From Macrostomum lignano (Eukaryota): a DNA stretch of 64,000 bases. Both the position numbers and the translations under genes were made by a program. Shown piece by piece: positions 23,545-36,600 of the stretch. Within the stretch, counting starts at the first letter, position 1. Each line of letters opens with the position of its first letter. Under the pieces are notes generated by a model that was not told where the DNA came from, searched no databases, and was given only the letters and a program-made list of their open reading frames with translations. The stretch covers positions 558,001-622,000 of the forward strand of contig NIVC01000176.1 of the NCBI GenBank assembly GCA_002269645.1, in the 5' to 3' direction.

Positions 23545-23990
23545 AGAAGATATGTGCTGTACATGATCCAAAAAAATACCTAGGAGATATGTGCTGTACA
23601 TGATCTGCAAGATCTAGAAAAGGGAGATATGTGCTGTACATGATCCGCAAGATCTAGGAGGGAGATATGTGCTGCACATGATCTGTAAGACCTGGGAGAT
23701 ATGTGCTGTACATGATCCAAAAAAATACCTAGGAGATATGTGCTGTACATGATCTGCAAGATCTAGGAGGGAGATATGTGCTGCACATGATCTGCAAGAT
23801 CTAGGAGGGAGATATGTGCTGCACATGATCTGTAAGACCTGGGAGATATGTGCTGTACATGATCTGCAAGATCTAGGAGATATGTGCTGTACATGATCTG
23901 AAAAGATATAGGAGAAATGTGTTGTACATGATTTCTAAGATCTAGAAAGAAAGATAAGTGCTGTACATGATCTATGAGATCTAGGAGATG
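23545..23990. repeat. About 38-42-bp GATATGTGCTGTACATGATCTGCAAGATCTAGGAGGGA array
   Basis: Direct reading. Confidence 0.9.
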
Positions 23991-24854
23991 TCTCCTAAGA
24001 GATCCAAGAGACATTTACATGTAACTGTTTTATTCTTAGTACATACAGATCAGAAGGCAGACACTACATGTGTAAACCAATACTCGTCAGATGTATTTGA
24101 AGTTCTAGACAGTATCTTGCAATTATTTATCATTTGCTCAAATCTCGTTAAAATCTAATTTAGCTATTGCAAGTAGAGTATGAAGATTATATACGTAAAA
24201 AGATTCAAAAGGGGGGCTGATGCTTGGCTTTTAATGTATTAATATAATTTCTTCGAGAAAAGACGGCTCACAAAGTGTATAAATAATATGTTAGTGCTTA
24301 TTACAAAGCAACACGTCGGGCTAAATAAAGATGTCAATCAATCAACGCAGCTGCATTATAATTAAAGAGGTAATTATTCAATTGACAGCTCAAATTTATT
24401 AATTCTTGAGAAAACAACCGTTTGCATAGCTTCGAATGTAGTTTCGCGAGTAAGTAAAATTGACTTTAAAAATGTAAAAACAAGTGGATTATACTACTGA
24501 CAAGACGGCCATAGTAAGTAGGATCGGTAGTAGCGACAGGGTTTTTGTAGAATGGCACAGTGTCTCACATCGAATAAGAAGATTTGATGAATAGCGAAAA
24601 TTAAAAAGCATTGTAAAAATCGAATGATTTGAATATTTTCTAGCGCGATAGAACTGTTACAATTTTGCTCAGTGACTAGACTATAATTGTGACAGATTTG
24701 ATCTTTTGATTTGGAATATGCAGAGACAGATGCAAAACACACAACAGCTGTATAGAAGGAATTAAGCTTTCTTTGAGTATCTCAAATTGAAACAAAATTT
24801 AGCTTTTTTGGAAAGAATTAAAAAAAGTTCGAAAGAGAAAAACACACTTATAGG

Positions 24855-25610
24855 ACTAGGGATTCCCTGCTTTCCACTGGGGGATTCCCTGCTTTTCACT
24901 GGGGGATTCCCTGCTTTCCACTGGGGGATTCCCTGCTTCTCTACCGGGGGATTCCCAGCTTTCCACTGGGGGGTTCCCTGCTTTCCACTGGTGGATTCCC
25001 TGCTTTCCACTGGAGGATTCCCTGCTTTCCACTGGGGGATTACCTGCTTTCCACTGGGGGATTCCCTGCTTCTCTACCGGGGGATTCCCAGCTTTCCACT
25101 GGGGGGTTCCCTGCTTTCCACTGGTGGATTCCCTGCTTTCCACTGGAGGATTCCCTGCTTTCCACTGGGGGATTACCTGCTTTCCACTGGGGGATTCCCT
25201 GTTTCTCTACCGGGGGATTCCCAGCGTTCCTATTGGGGGATTCCCAGTTTCCCTATTTATGGATTCCCAGCTTCCCTATTGAGGGATTTCCAGCTTCCCT
25301 GTTGGGGGATTCCCTGCTTCCCTATCGGGGGATTTCCAGCTTTCCTATGGGGGGATTTCCAGCTTCCCTATTGGGGGATTCCCAGCTTCCCCATTTGGGG
25401 ATTCACAGCAGACACAGCTTCCCTATTTGGGGATTCCCAGCTATCCTATTTGGCGATTCCCAGCTTTCTAATTAGGGATTCCCAGCTTCCCTATTTGAGG
25501 ATTCCCAGCTGTCAAATTAGGGATTCCCAGCTTCCCTATTTGAGGATTCCTAGCTTTCTAATTAGGGATTCCCAGCTACACTATTTGGGTGGATTCCCCT
25601 ATTCGGGGAT
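24855..25610. repeat. 22-bp GGGGGATTCCCTGCTTTCCACT array grading into GGGATTCCCAGCTTCCCTATT variants, 3' of PDIA3
   Basis: Direct reading. Confidence 0.93.
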
Positions 25611-25660
25611 TCTAATCGGCATAAGCTTCATCTCAGCGTCATAGCAGCAGAGCAACCAAC

Positions 25661-28600
25661 CTACAGCTCCTGCTTGCCGGGAGACTTCTTCGGATTGCCG
25701 GACCTGTCGAATCCATCCAACTCATCAGTAGCCTCCCTAGCCAGGTAGTTAATGAAATCTTTGACCTCCCGGCCGCCCTCGTAGGCTCTGGGATTGGCCT
25801 TGTCGTTGCGAGGTGCAAAGTAGATCGTTGGGAAGCCGCGCACCGAGTAGGGCTGCGGCACATCGTTGGCGGTGGCGTCCATCTTGGCGATGACGATTCC
25901 AGACTCCTTGGCCAGTTTCTGGGCCAGCTCCTCATATTTCGGCGCCAAACTCTTGCAGTGGCCGCACCAGGGGGCGTAGAATTCGATCAGGACGTCCTTG
26001 GCGGGGTCGTTGACCAGCGAGTCGAAGTTGTTGGCCACCACCACCTTGACGGGGTCGGGCTGGGACTCTGGCACCGGCTCCGACTTCAGGTAGGGGGTGA
26101 GCCGGTCCGCCAGGAAGTCGTGCAAGAACGAGTCGAATGTCTCCATGCTGGGAGGGGAGGGCAGTGGGGATTTTCAGCTTGGCAGACAGTTTATAGGAAT
26201 CATAGGCCCAAGACGGAAAGCTCAGATCGAAGGATACGGGAGGCTGGCGGTGGCCCAGCAACTGAGGATCTGGGAGGCTGGCACAGCAACTGAAGATCTG
26301 GGAGGCTGGCACAGCAACTGAGGATCTGGGAGGCTGGCTCAGCAACTGAGGATCTGGGAGGCTGGCCCAGCAACTGAGGATTTGGGAGGCTGGCCCAGCA
26401 ACTGAGGATCTGGGAGGCTGGCACAGCAACTGAGGATCTGGGAGGCTGGCCCAGCAACTGAAGATCTGGGAGGCTGGCCCAGCAACTGAGGATCTGGGAG
26501 GCTGGCCCAGCAACTGGGGATCTGGGAGGCTGGTTCAGCAACTGAGGATGTGGGAGGCTGGCCCAGCAACTGAGGATCTGGAAGGCTGGCCCAGCAACTG
26601 AGGATCTGGGATGCTGGCCCAGCAACTGAGGATCTGGGAGGCTGGCCCAGCAACTGGGGATCTGGGAGGCTGGTTCAGCAACTGAGGATCTGGGAGGCTG
26701 GCCCAGCAACTGAGGATCTTGGAGGCTGGCACAGCAACTGAGGATCTGGGAGGCTGGCAACAAAGCATGAGAAGTGCAGACATGACTCATCCAAGCCTAA
26801 CGGAAGCGGATCAGAGGTCATTACCTGAACTCCTCGGCCATAACAAACTTGCGCCCCTTGGCGTCCCTAATCGTCACCAGCACTTTCTGCTCGTCGGGGG
26901 TCTGGACGCCGAATTCGGCCAGCTCCTGCCGCATCGATTCGGCGTTGGCGATGCAGAATCTCAAGCCGGAGGCTGCGTGCTTTTTAGCAATCTTCATCAG
27001 GCGATTACGCCAATAATTGGTGCCCTTGGCGTTGCGCTGATAGTCCACCGAGTAATAGGCGGTCACCAGGGGGAGGCCGCCAACATTGAAGTGCTTGCTG
27101 TTCGATGCCGTGCGCTGCCCGGCCAGGCCGAAGCTGATGATTTGAGGGGGGGGGGGCGGAGTGACGGCGGAGTTAGGGGCGGATTTTTAACAAATTGAGG
27201 TGGATATATAATAATTTGGGGCGGATTAGCAATAAATTGGGGGAGCGGATTTGTTATAAACTAAAGGCGGATTTGCAATAAATTGGGAGCGGATTTGCAA
27301 TAAATTGGGGGCGGATTTGCAATGAATAGGGGCGGATTTGCAATAAATTGGGGGCGGATGTGCAATAAATTGGGGGGCGGATTTGCAATAAATTGGGGGC
27401 GGATTTGCAATAAATTGGGGGGCGGATTTGCAATAAATTGGGGGGGCGGATTTGCAATAAATTAGAGGCGGATTTGCAATAAATTGGAGGCGGATTTGCA
27501 ATAAATTGGGGGGCGGATTTGCAATAAATTGGGGGCGGATTTGCAATAAATTGGGGGAGCGGATTTCTTATAAACTAAAGGCGGATTTGCAATAAATTGG
27601 GGGCGGATTTGCAATAAATTGGGCGCGGATTTGCAATGAATAGGGGCGGATTTTTTGTAAACTTGGGGGCGGATTTGCAATGAATAGGGGCGGATTTGCA
27701 ATAAATTGGGGGCGGATTTGCAATAAATTGGGGGGCGGATTTGCAATAAATTGGGGCGGATTTGCAATAAATTGGGGGGCGGATTTGCAATAAATTGGGG
27801 GCGGATTTGCAATAAATTGGGGGCGGATTTGCAATAAATTGGGGGGGGGGCGGATTTGCAATAAATTGGGGGCGGATTTGCAATAAATTGGAGGCGGATT
27901 TGCAATAAATTGGGGGGCGGATTTGCAATAAATTGGGGGGCGGATTTGCAATAAATTGGAGGCGGATTTGCAATAAATTGGGGGGCGGATTTGCAATAAA
28001 TTGGGGGCGGATTTGCAATAAATTGGGGGAGCGGATTTCTTATAAACTAAAGGCGGATTTGCAATAAATTGGGGGCGGATTTGCAATAAATTGGGCGCGG
28101 ATTTGCAATGAATAGGGGCGGATTTTTTGTAAACTTGGGGGCGGATCTTTTGTCAACATGGGGTGGATTAGCGATAAATTGGGGGCGGATTTGCAATAAA
28201 TTGGAGCGGATTTTGAGTAATTAAAGACGGATTTTTTCTTAATTGGGGAGGCAGATTTGCAGCAAAATTGGGGGCGGATTTGTAACAAATTACGGGTGGA
28301 TTTGCGAAAAATTTTGGGCAGATTCGTAACTTAATGATGGGGCAGATTTTAGTGCCGATTTTTCGAAATATTTAGAGATTAGTTAATAGCGGATTAATAA
28401 GTTATCTAAGAGCAAATCCAGCCATACAAAATGGACACCAGCCCATTCAGCTCACATGTTAGCTCCAATCCAATGCTTAAGCGTCTCGGCGTCCATGGAG
28501 CCGGCGTAGGCTTCGGTGTCCGGCTCGAATTTGCTGCGCAGCTTGCGCGGCCGGACAACGGCGATGCTGTCCGCTTCGAAGCCGTGGCGAGCGTTCAACT

Positions 28601-30766
28601 CGGCAGACAGGCTGTGCGCAAAGCTGAAGTCTTCGTTTAGCGAGTCGGCAGCCTAGCGATTAGCAATTTAACAAAGCTAGTTAGATGACGAGGCCTTTTG
28701 CACTAGAAGCACATTTATAGTTACTCCTGCCGTTTACTCTAGAGTTTTACTATACTGTTAGCTAAAAATTACCTGTTTAAACACTCGATAGGCCTGGGAC
28801 GATTCGTCCGTAAAAAAGCCGGCAATGAACGGTTCAACGCCGTCTAGAAGACGATTGAAATCGGCGTCCTCGGCTAGTAGGCGGGAGCTCGGGCCAGCCT
28901 TGGTCTTCATGTACTTGACTATGCCGTCGGCGTCGCGGGGACCCTGGAGACAAAAAATGAAATAATTAAATATTATTATAATACCAGACTAAGAATATGG
29001 TTTAAACTGCCTAATATGGTTTTAATTGTAACTAATCGTCTCTAAGTTGTGTATAAATTGCCTGTAATCCCTCAAGGTCGTGTCTAACTCGCCCCTCCCG
29101 TCAAGGTCGTGTCTAACTCGCCCCTCCCGTCAAGGTCGTGTCTAACTCGCCCCTCCCGTCAAGGTCGTGTCTAAATTGCCCCACCACTCCAAGGTCGTGT
29201 CTAAATCGCCCCCGGCCTCAATCGCGACTCCCTCCAGGTCGTGTCTAAATTCCCCCACCACCTCAAGGTCGTCTAAATCGCGACTCCCTCCAGGTCGTGT
29301 CTAAATCGCCTCACCACCTCCAGGTCGTGTCTAAATCACCCCACCAAGCCAAGGTCGTGTCTAAATTGCCCCCTCATCACCTCAAGGTCGTGTCTAAATT
29401 CTCCCACCACCTCAAGGTCGTGTCTAAATTGCTCCCACCACCTCAAGGTCATGTCTAAGTTGCTCCCACCACCTTAAGGCCGTGTCTAAATTGCTCCCAC
29501 CACCTCAAGGCCGTGTCTAAACTTCCCCACCACCTCAAGGTCGTGTCTAAAAACGTCAGTTGCGTTGGGTTTTAGCTGTCAGCACAAATTGAGAACATGG
29601 AGAATTGCTGATCCCCAAGCGCTACCAACCTGATAGTCCGCGCTGAACTCGCCACCCTTGAATATCTTCAACGTTGGATAGCCGCTCACGCCGAATCGGC
29701 CGCAGACGGTTGTCTCAGCTGTGCAGTCCACTTTGGCCAGCGGCACCGGGACACCCTTGAGCCTGGTGGCTGCGGCCTCATATTCTGGGGCCAGGCGTTG
29801 GCAATGGCCGCACCTAAGGAAAAGGGTGAATTTATCTCATTAATTTATAAATGTTGCTGAATTGGTTCGTTTTCTATTGATGCGATGATCCTCTGTAAAG
29901 TATAAATTGAAACTTCAGCAAAATAAGGGTTACTTAATTTAAAAATAATTGTTTTGTTTAAAACAACTTATAGATTTAAATTTGATATATTGAAAATTTT
30001 TTATGTACATTGCCTCTATTTTTTTGCAATGTCCATTTAGATTAAAAGAAAATTTACATTGTTTAAGCATACTAAAAAAATTTGCTTTAATTTTGTTTAA
30101 ACTTTTTTATTAAAAAACGAATTATAGAAGTTACACTGTTGCTTTTTGTGCAATGGAACATTAAATTATTAGTAAAAGCATTATATTTGTAGATATATAT
30201 GCATATATATAATGTATATATAATGATAATTATTTCAGTAAAAATATGAATATACTATTGACAGTTTTAAAATAAAAATAGCAAATAGTCTACATTTTCC
30301 TTGACCTTGCCATTTATCGTTGACATAAAAGAGATTTTTATTACACAATATTATTTTGTCTTTCATAGTATTTCAAAGTAGAAAACAAAGTATGTGAATT
30401 TCAAATATATTTTAAGATTTTTTAAAATTATCCATATCTATAAACGGTTTTCCTACATAGGTTCCTGATATAAAAGAACAGTACTGAGACAATGAATAGA
30501 ATAATTTCTAGATGTACCAAAGCAAGCAACATTTTTAGAAAAAATGGCCTTGAAGTATTCTAAGCTTACAGAGGTTATTTTACTTATTTTCACAAAAAAA
30601 GATAAAATAAGACGCCAAAACTTTACCATGGAGCATAAAATTCCACGAGAATAACGTCATGTTGCTTGATATTTGTATCAAAATTTGCATCAGTAAACAC
30701 TAACACATCAGATCCAAAAGCAAAGCCAAACAACAGACATAGAAAAGGGATACTAATTTTATCCAT
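25661..30766 (-). CDS. PDIA3: Protein disulfide-isomerase A3 (ERp57), complement(join(25661..26147,26825..27133,28456..28652,28773..28943,29630..29813,30627..30766)), 495 aa
   Basis: N-terminal signal peptide [18 protein letters not shown], two [10 protein letters not shown] thioredoxin sites in a-b-b'-a' layout, the [15 protein letters not shown] b' signature and a C-terminal KQEL ER-retrieval-like end. Six exons join in frame (1488 nt). Confidence 0.95.
26235..26758. repeat. 28-bp GAGGATCTGGGAGGCTGGCCCAGCAACT array in PDIA3 intron 5
   Basis: Direct reading. Confidence 0.96.
27205..28320. repeat. 22-24-bp GGGGGCGGATTTGCAATAAATT array in PDIA3 intron 4
   Basis: Direct reading. Confidence 0.96.
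29070..29552. repeat. About 31-bp AAGGTCGTGTCTAAATTGC..CCACCACCTC array in PDIA3 intron 2
   Basis: Direct reading. Confidence 0.9.
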
Positions 30767-32939
30767 AATTATTTCTATTTGCTTTCAGAGCCTTCCAAGA
30801 AAGTGCTAGTATTGAAGAAAACGCAAAAACTTCGCTAGCCACGATAATAGAAAAAATTGTCTTGCGAAATTGTCGTCAACACAGTGACGTTTTAAATTTT
30901 ACAACGATATGTCAATCTCTGATTGGTTCAGCATCGATAGGTAAAACAAAAAGGTTTGCCAAACCTCATAGACAGCACTTACTTAAGCAAGAAATATTTA
31001 GCTGGATATTATAGATTTTAACTATTGTTATATTTGTAATTCCTTTGTATGTTCAGATGGGTCAATGAACAGAGTTTTAACTTTTAACTCAGTCATTTAT
31101 GATTTAACGAGCTCTTAATCTGATTACTATTAAATTTAGACGTCTCAATATCGAAAATAAATGTTAGCTTCAATTTCACTCCACTTGGTACCCGTGGCAA
31201 AAAAATGATCGGGTATCGGAATTATTCCGCTTTAGTTTACGATTACGATTTGTGATTATAATACTTTTGATTTAGTTTAATTTTTCTTATTAGTAAGAGT
31301 ATAAAAACCAACCCGGAGTTCTTATATATAGGCATCATATAGGTTCAGGGAGCATGTAAAATGTATTGAAAAAAACAGTAATTGAGAACAAAAAGTTCGG
31401 TAATCAATTATATATCTGATGACACCAATGCTCTTTTCTTCTATACACTAAATGCTTCGAATCTAAGTTTACTCGTTTACGAAGAAGCCCTAAGTACATG
31501 CAGGTTTCCCATGCAGGCCAAGCAGTGCATTATTGCACCCATTTCTCATTGTCCAAAAGTAGATCCCTTCAAAAATAAAAACACAAGAAAAAACTGCATC
31601 GATGTAACGAACTGTCCGCAAAGGAAGAGAAAACAGATACAATTTTTCTCAAATGATATTTAATCATTTATTTTAATTCGGCAAGCGGTGAGTGAAAAGT
31701 GAAATGGCTGATAAGCTTCATATTTGTCTCACCGCATGCTAACAAGCAAGCAAGTAACAAAACAAATCAATCCAAACCAACATCAAAGCTAAACAGAAAA
31801 TTATCCGATATAAAAAATCAACGAACTCTGAACGCAATTATAAATACACTTTTAAGCAGTTTTTAGCTCGAGAAAAAAGAAAGGCGCAATAAAAACGTAA
31901 CCTACGTTAATTAAACATTAAAATTGCATATCCCATTAAATTGTCTGAAGGGATATAGTAAGGATAAGATTCGTTAGAAGCATACAAAAGTATAAACAAA
32001 TAATCTTGGTCTCCAGCAAAGTTCAACTGTACTGTCTGTAATGTACTTTTGCTAGACACAAAATCACACGGCACGGCCTGACTGAGTTATGTTGCATTGT
32101 AGGAGAATAACTTTGAAAAAAAGCTAAATAATTGATATAGATTATTAATTAGGTCAAATATTTTTTCGATCGTACACTACTATGAGTATTACTAACGTAC
32201 TGTTGAAAAAATTAAAACAATCTAGTTGAAAAACGAAGTCAAAACGAAAAGTAGGTGACTAGCGAATCGGCTGTTGGCTGCTCAACGAATTTGATGCGGC
32301 AATAATAAAAAATGGAGCAAAAATTATAACAAAATAATTAAAGTATATATGCTTAAGTATCAATTTCATTATTATATTACTAAATCTTACTAAATAATCA
32401 AACTGATAGAGGTATAAAAGTACTTTTAGAGTTCGACCCCTGTTGTATAGTAGAGAATATCTATTATTAGAATGAAGCGTGATAATAAGTAGTTAATACA
32501 AGCCATTACTATTGTAAGTAGTCACGAGTGTAAAAAATAGCCAAAAAGCACACAAAAAGTCATTTAACGCATGCAATCGCATAACAAAATAACAAATTTA
32601 TAAATGATTAGAAAATCAGAGAGAAAAAAATAGAAAAAATGGGAGAACAGTTGCTAACGATAGTCTGTGGATAAGATATATAAATGTTGATCTTGTGTTA
32701 AGCTTTTATAAGCATATAGGTTAACTATTACTATTAGTAAACACACAAACAGGCACTAAAAGGCATAGGAGGTAACTTAACTTTGGGGCAAATATTAAAA
32801 TCAGCAGTTAACTTATCAACATTCCATTTTAGGATGCAAAGTGGAACAATATGGAAACTGAATGCTAAGAAAGTAGAACTAAAAAAACTGAAATTAATTT
32901 TTATATATTATCTTTTTAAACTACCGTATGAAACTAAGA

Positions 32940-33470
32940 ATGGAATTAAGGTGTGGGATTGGATAAGAATGGGATTTAAGTTGTGGGATTAGATAAGAAT
33001 GGGATTTCAGGTGTGGGATGGGATAAGAATGAGATTTCAGGTGTGGGATGGGATAAGGATGGGATTTCATTTGTGGGATGGGATGAGAAAGGGATTTCAG
33101 ATGTGGGATTAGATAAGAATGGGATTTCAGGTGTGGGATGGGATAAGAATGGGATTTCAGGTGTGGGATGGGATAAGAATCGGATTTCAGGTGTGGGATG
33201 GGATGAGAAAGGGATTTCAGGTGTGGGATGGGATAAGAATGGGATTTCAGGTGTGGGATGGGATAAGAATCGGATTTCAGGTGTGGGATGGGATGAGAAA
33301 GGGATTTCAGGTGTGGGATGGGATAAGAATGGGATTTTAGGTGTGGGATGGGATAAGAATGGGATTTCAGGTGTGGGATGGGATAAGAATGGGATTTTAG
33401 GTGTGGGATGGGATAGGAATGGGATTTCAGGTGTGGGATGGGATAAGAATGGGATTTTATCATGGGATGG
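32940..33470. repeat. 30-bp GGGATTTCAGGTGTGGGATGGGATAAGAAT array 3' of the GDPD gene
   Basis: Direct reading. Confidence 0.96.
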
Positions 33471-33636
33471 GATGAATAATGCAACAAAGCTAGCATATTT
33501 TGGTATGGATATATAACGCCAGTCAAATTAAAATCAATAATGCCTATCTGTTTATTCTACTAGAAAATAGAAAAAATCAATATCAACTACTCATAGTAAG
33601 CGAAAGGCGCGAGCCAAAAAAATTCGATACGATTTC

Positions 33637-36600
33637 CTAATCCTTTTTGCCACGGCTGGCCAGTCGCTCCCGCTCCAGGTCGTCCTCGCGCACCCAGTCG
33701 CAGGCGCGTCGATAAGCGTCGAGACAGTCGGGATTTGAGTCGATAAAACGGCGCAGCAGTTCGGGCCTATCGGTCATGACTCCCTCGCAGCCGGCCTTAA
33801 AGTGTTGAATTGAAATATTAATTTTAAAGATGTCTTCAAAAATGGATTATCAATCATCCCAATTTCGATTTCTAATGATCCCAATTTGAATTCCTATTAT
33901 CCCCATTTGGATTCCCAATTATCCCAATTTGATTCCCAAATATCCCAATTTGGATTCCCAAATATCCCAATTTGGATTCCCAAATATCCCAATTTGGATT
34001 CCCAAATATCCCAATTTGGATTCCCAAATATCCCAATTTGGACTCGAATTTGACAGGTTTCAAATGCCAAATCACCCTCGTAGATCACCTGAAACGCTTT
34101 AAGAAAATGCCGCTCCTGATTCAGCACCCAAACGTAGGTGGGCACGCCGCGCTCGTGCAGATGCCGGATCAGCTTTGGCGACATCATCAGTTTATCGAAT
34201 ATGCGAACCAGACAGCGACCGAACCAGTTAGGATAGGCGGCCGCGAACGGTTCGAGCTCGAGCAGGGCGGAAAGCATCGGCGGCTCAAAAAAATCGTCGC
34301 TAATTGGCACGAAAGGCAGCAGGCCGGTAGCGTACAGCAGCACGGTGGACAGGATAGAGCGCATCGAGAACAGGGTGCTGACTCGGGGTTCCATGGCTCT
34401 GAGCTGCCTCACAACCCGGTAAGACCGGTTGCCCCACACCACCGTGTCCTGTCTGGATGGCGGAGGTGGGCAGGGAGGGAGTTCAGCAGGTGCTCAGGGA
34501 GGGAGTTCAGCAGGTGCTCAGGGAGTTCAGCTGATACTCAGGGCTCAGGGAGGGAGTTCAGCAGGTGCTCAGCGAGTTCAGCTGATACTCATGGAGGGAG
34601 TTCAGCAGGTGCTCAGAGAGGGAGTTCAGCAGGTGCTCAGGGAGGGAGTTCAGCAGGTGCTCAGGAAGGAGGTTCAGCAGGTGCTCAGGAAGGGAGTTCA
34701 GCAGGTGCTCAGGGAGGGAGTTCAGCAGGTGCTCAGGGAGTTCAGCTGATACTCAGGGCTCAGGGAGGGAGTTCAGCAGGTGCTCAGCGAGTTCAGCTGA
34801 TACTCATGGAGGAAGTTCAGCAGGTGCTCAGGGAGGGAGTTCAGCAGGTGCTCAGCGAGTTCAGCTGATACTCATGGAGGGAGTTCAGCAGGTGCTCAGG
34901 GAGGGAGTTCAGCAGGTGCTCAGGGAGGGAGTTCAGCAGGTGCTCAGGGAGGGAGTTCAGCAGGTGCTCAGGAAGGAGGTTCAGCAGGTGCTCAGGAAGG
35001 GAGTTCAGCAGGTGCTCAGGGAGGGAGTTCAGCAGGTGCTCAGGGAGGGAGTTCAGCAGGTGCTCAGGGAGTTCAGCTGATACTCAGGGCTCAGGGAGGG
35101 AGTTCAGCAGGTGCTCAGCGAGTTCAGCTGATACTCATGGAGGAAGTTCAGCAGGTGCTCAGGGAGGGAGTTCAGCAGGTGCTCAGGGAGTTCAGCAGAT
35201 ACTCAGGGAGTTCAGCAGATGCTCAGGGAGTTCAGCAGATGCTCAGGGAGTTCAGCAGATACTCAGGGAGTTCAGCAGATGCTCATGGAGGGAGTTCAGA
35301 AGGTGCTCAGGGAGTTCAGCAGATGCTCAGGGAGGGAGTTCAGCTGATACTCAGGGAGGGAGTTCAGCAGATGCTCATGGAGTTCAGCAGGTGCTCAGGG
35401 AGTTCAGCAGATGATCATGGAGGGAGTTCAGCAGGTGCTTAGGGAGTTCAGCAGATGCTCATGGAGGGAGTTCAGCAGGTGCTCAGGGAGTTCAGCAGAT
35501 GCTCAGGGAGGAAGTTGAGAACCCACAACCAGAAGGATCACAGAGATCTTGGGTCTTTAGTTAAGATAAAAGCAAGCCTCAGGCATCAGATTTGCGATCA
35601 ATCACTAAACTGGATCAGCATTACGTCCCGTTTGTGTCATCATTGCTTGCTTCTTGAATACTTTGTTGGTTAGAAGAAAAATATGACTGTTTAATTGATC
35701 CAGAATATTGACAAGTGACGGGAAATGAGAAATTGGAAAGGGGGAAACCGTAGCCCAGTGGTCCAGCGCGGCGCTCCGGTGTGCCAGCGGCCCAGGCTCG
35801 ATTTCCAAGTGCAGTCACTTGAGTACGAACGCCTTGAGTGCGAACTCCTAAGGCACAGTGAAGTGTACATGCCTAACGATAAATAGTTAGGGCCGCTGTG
35901 AGTGCGAGTGTGCGTATGACTGCTTCTTTGATAAAGGGGGCGGACGGGGTCAGAAAAAGCAGCCGAACCTTCCATGCTGCACTACGAGTTGTCGAACAGC
36001 CTCCAGCAGATCCGGCCGATCCTCTTTGATGTCGATGTTCAACGGCACGTTGGGAAAAGCGACCAGCACCTCGGCTAATAGGGGGATTCGCCGATCTTTG
36101 CCAGCGGTGACGATCAGGCCGGGCTCGAATGTGACGGCGAGATCTCGGCGAATAGGCGGCAACTCGGCGTAGTTAATCTGGTCGATTCGGCCGGACTTGG
36201 CGCACAGGCGATTCAAATCGTTGTCGTGAGCGACTACCACCTGGGAGAGGCCAGGGTGAGCATTGGCAAATGTAGGGTTTAACGGGGTGTATTTCCAAGG
36301 TTAGGAATAGTAGGTTAAGCACTTCAGGAGCCAACATCCACTCAGTGATATCAAAATCAAAAATAATTATTTATAAAAAACCTATAGCCTAGACTAGAAT
36401 AAGTAAAGATTCAAACGAGGGAGATAGTTGCAGAAGAGTGAGGGCAAGAGGCAAAAAAATAACTTAAACACAAGATATAGAATAGAATAGACAGATAAAA
36501 GAGAGGCAGGAGAGAGGGAGAGAGGAGACAGGAAGAGAGATGGGAGAAATAGAGAGATAGATAGAGGTGGAGATGGAGATGGGAGAGATGGAGGAGATGA

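Noticed and set aside
30830-30940. ER-stress element (ERSE/UPRE) upstream of PDIA3
   Set aside because: CCAAT, CCACG and TGACGT occur, but not in the CCAAT-N9-CCACG spacing or as the full TGACGTGG/A.
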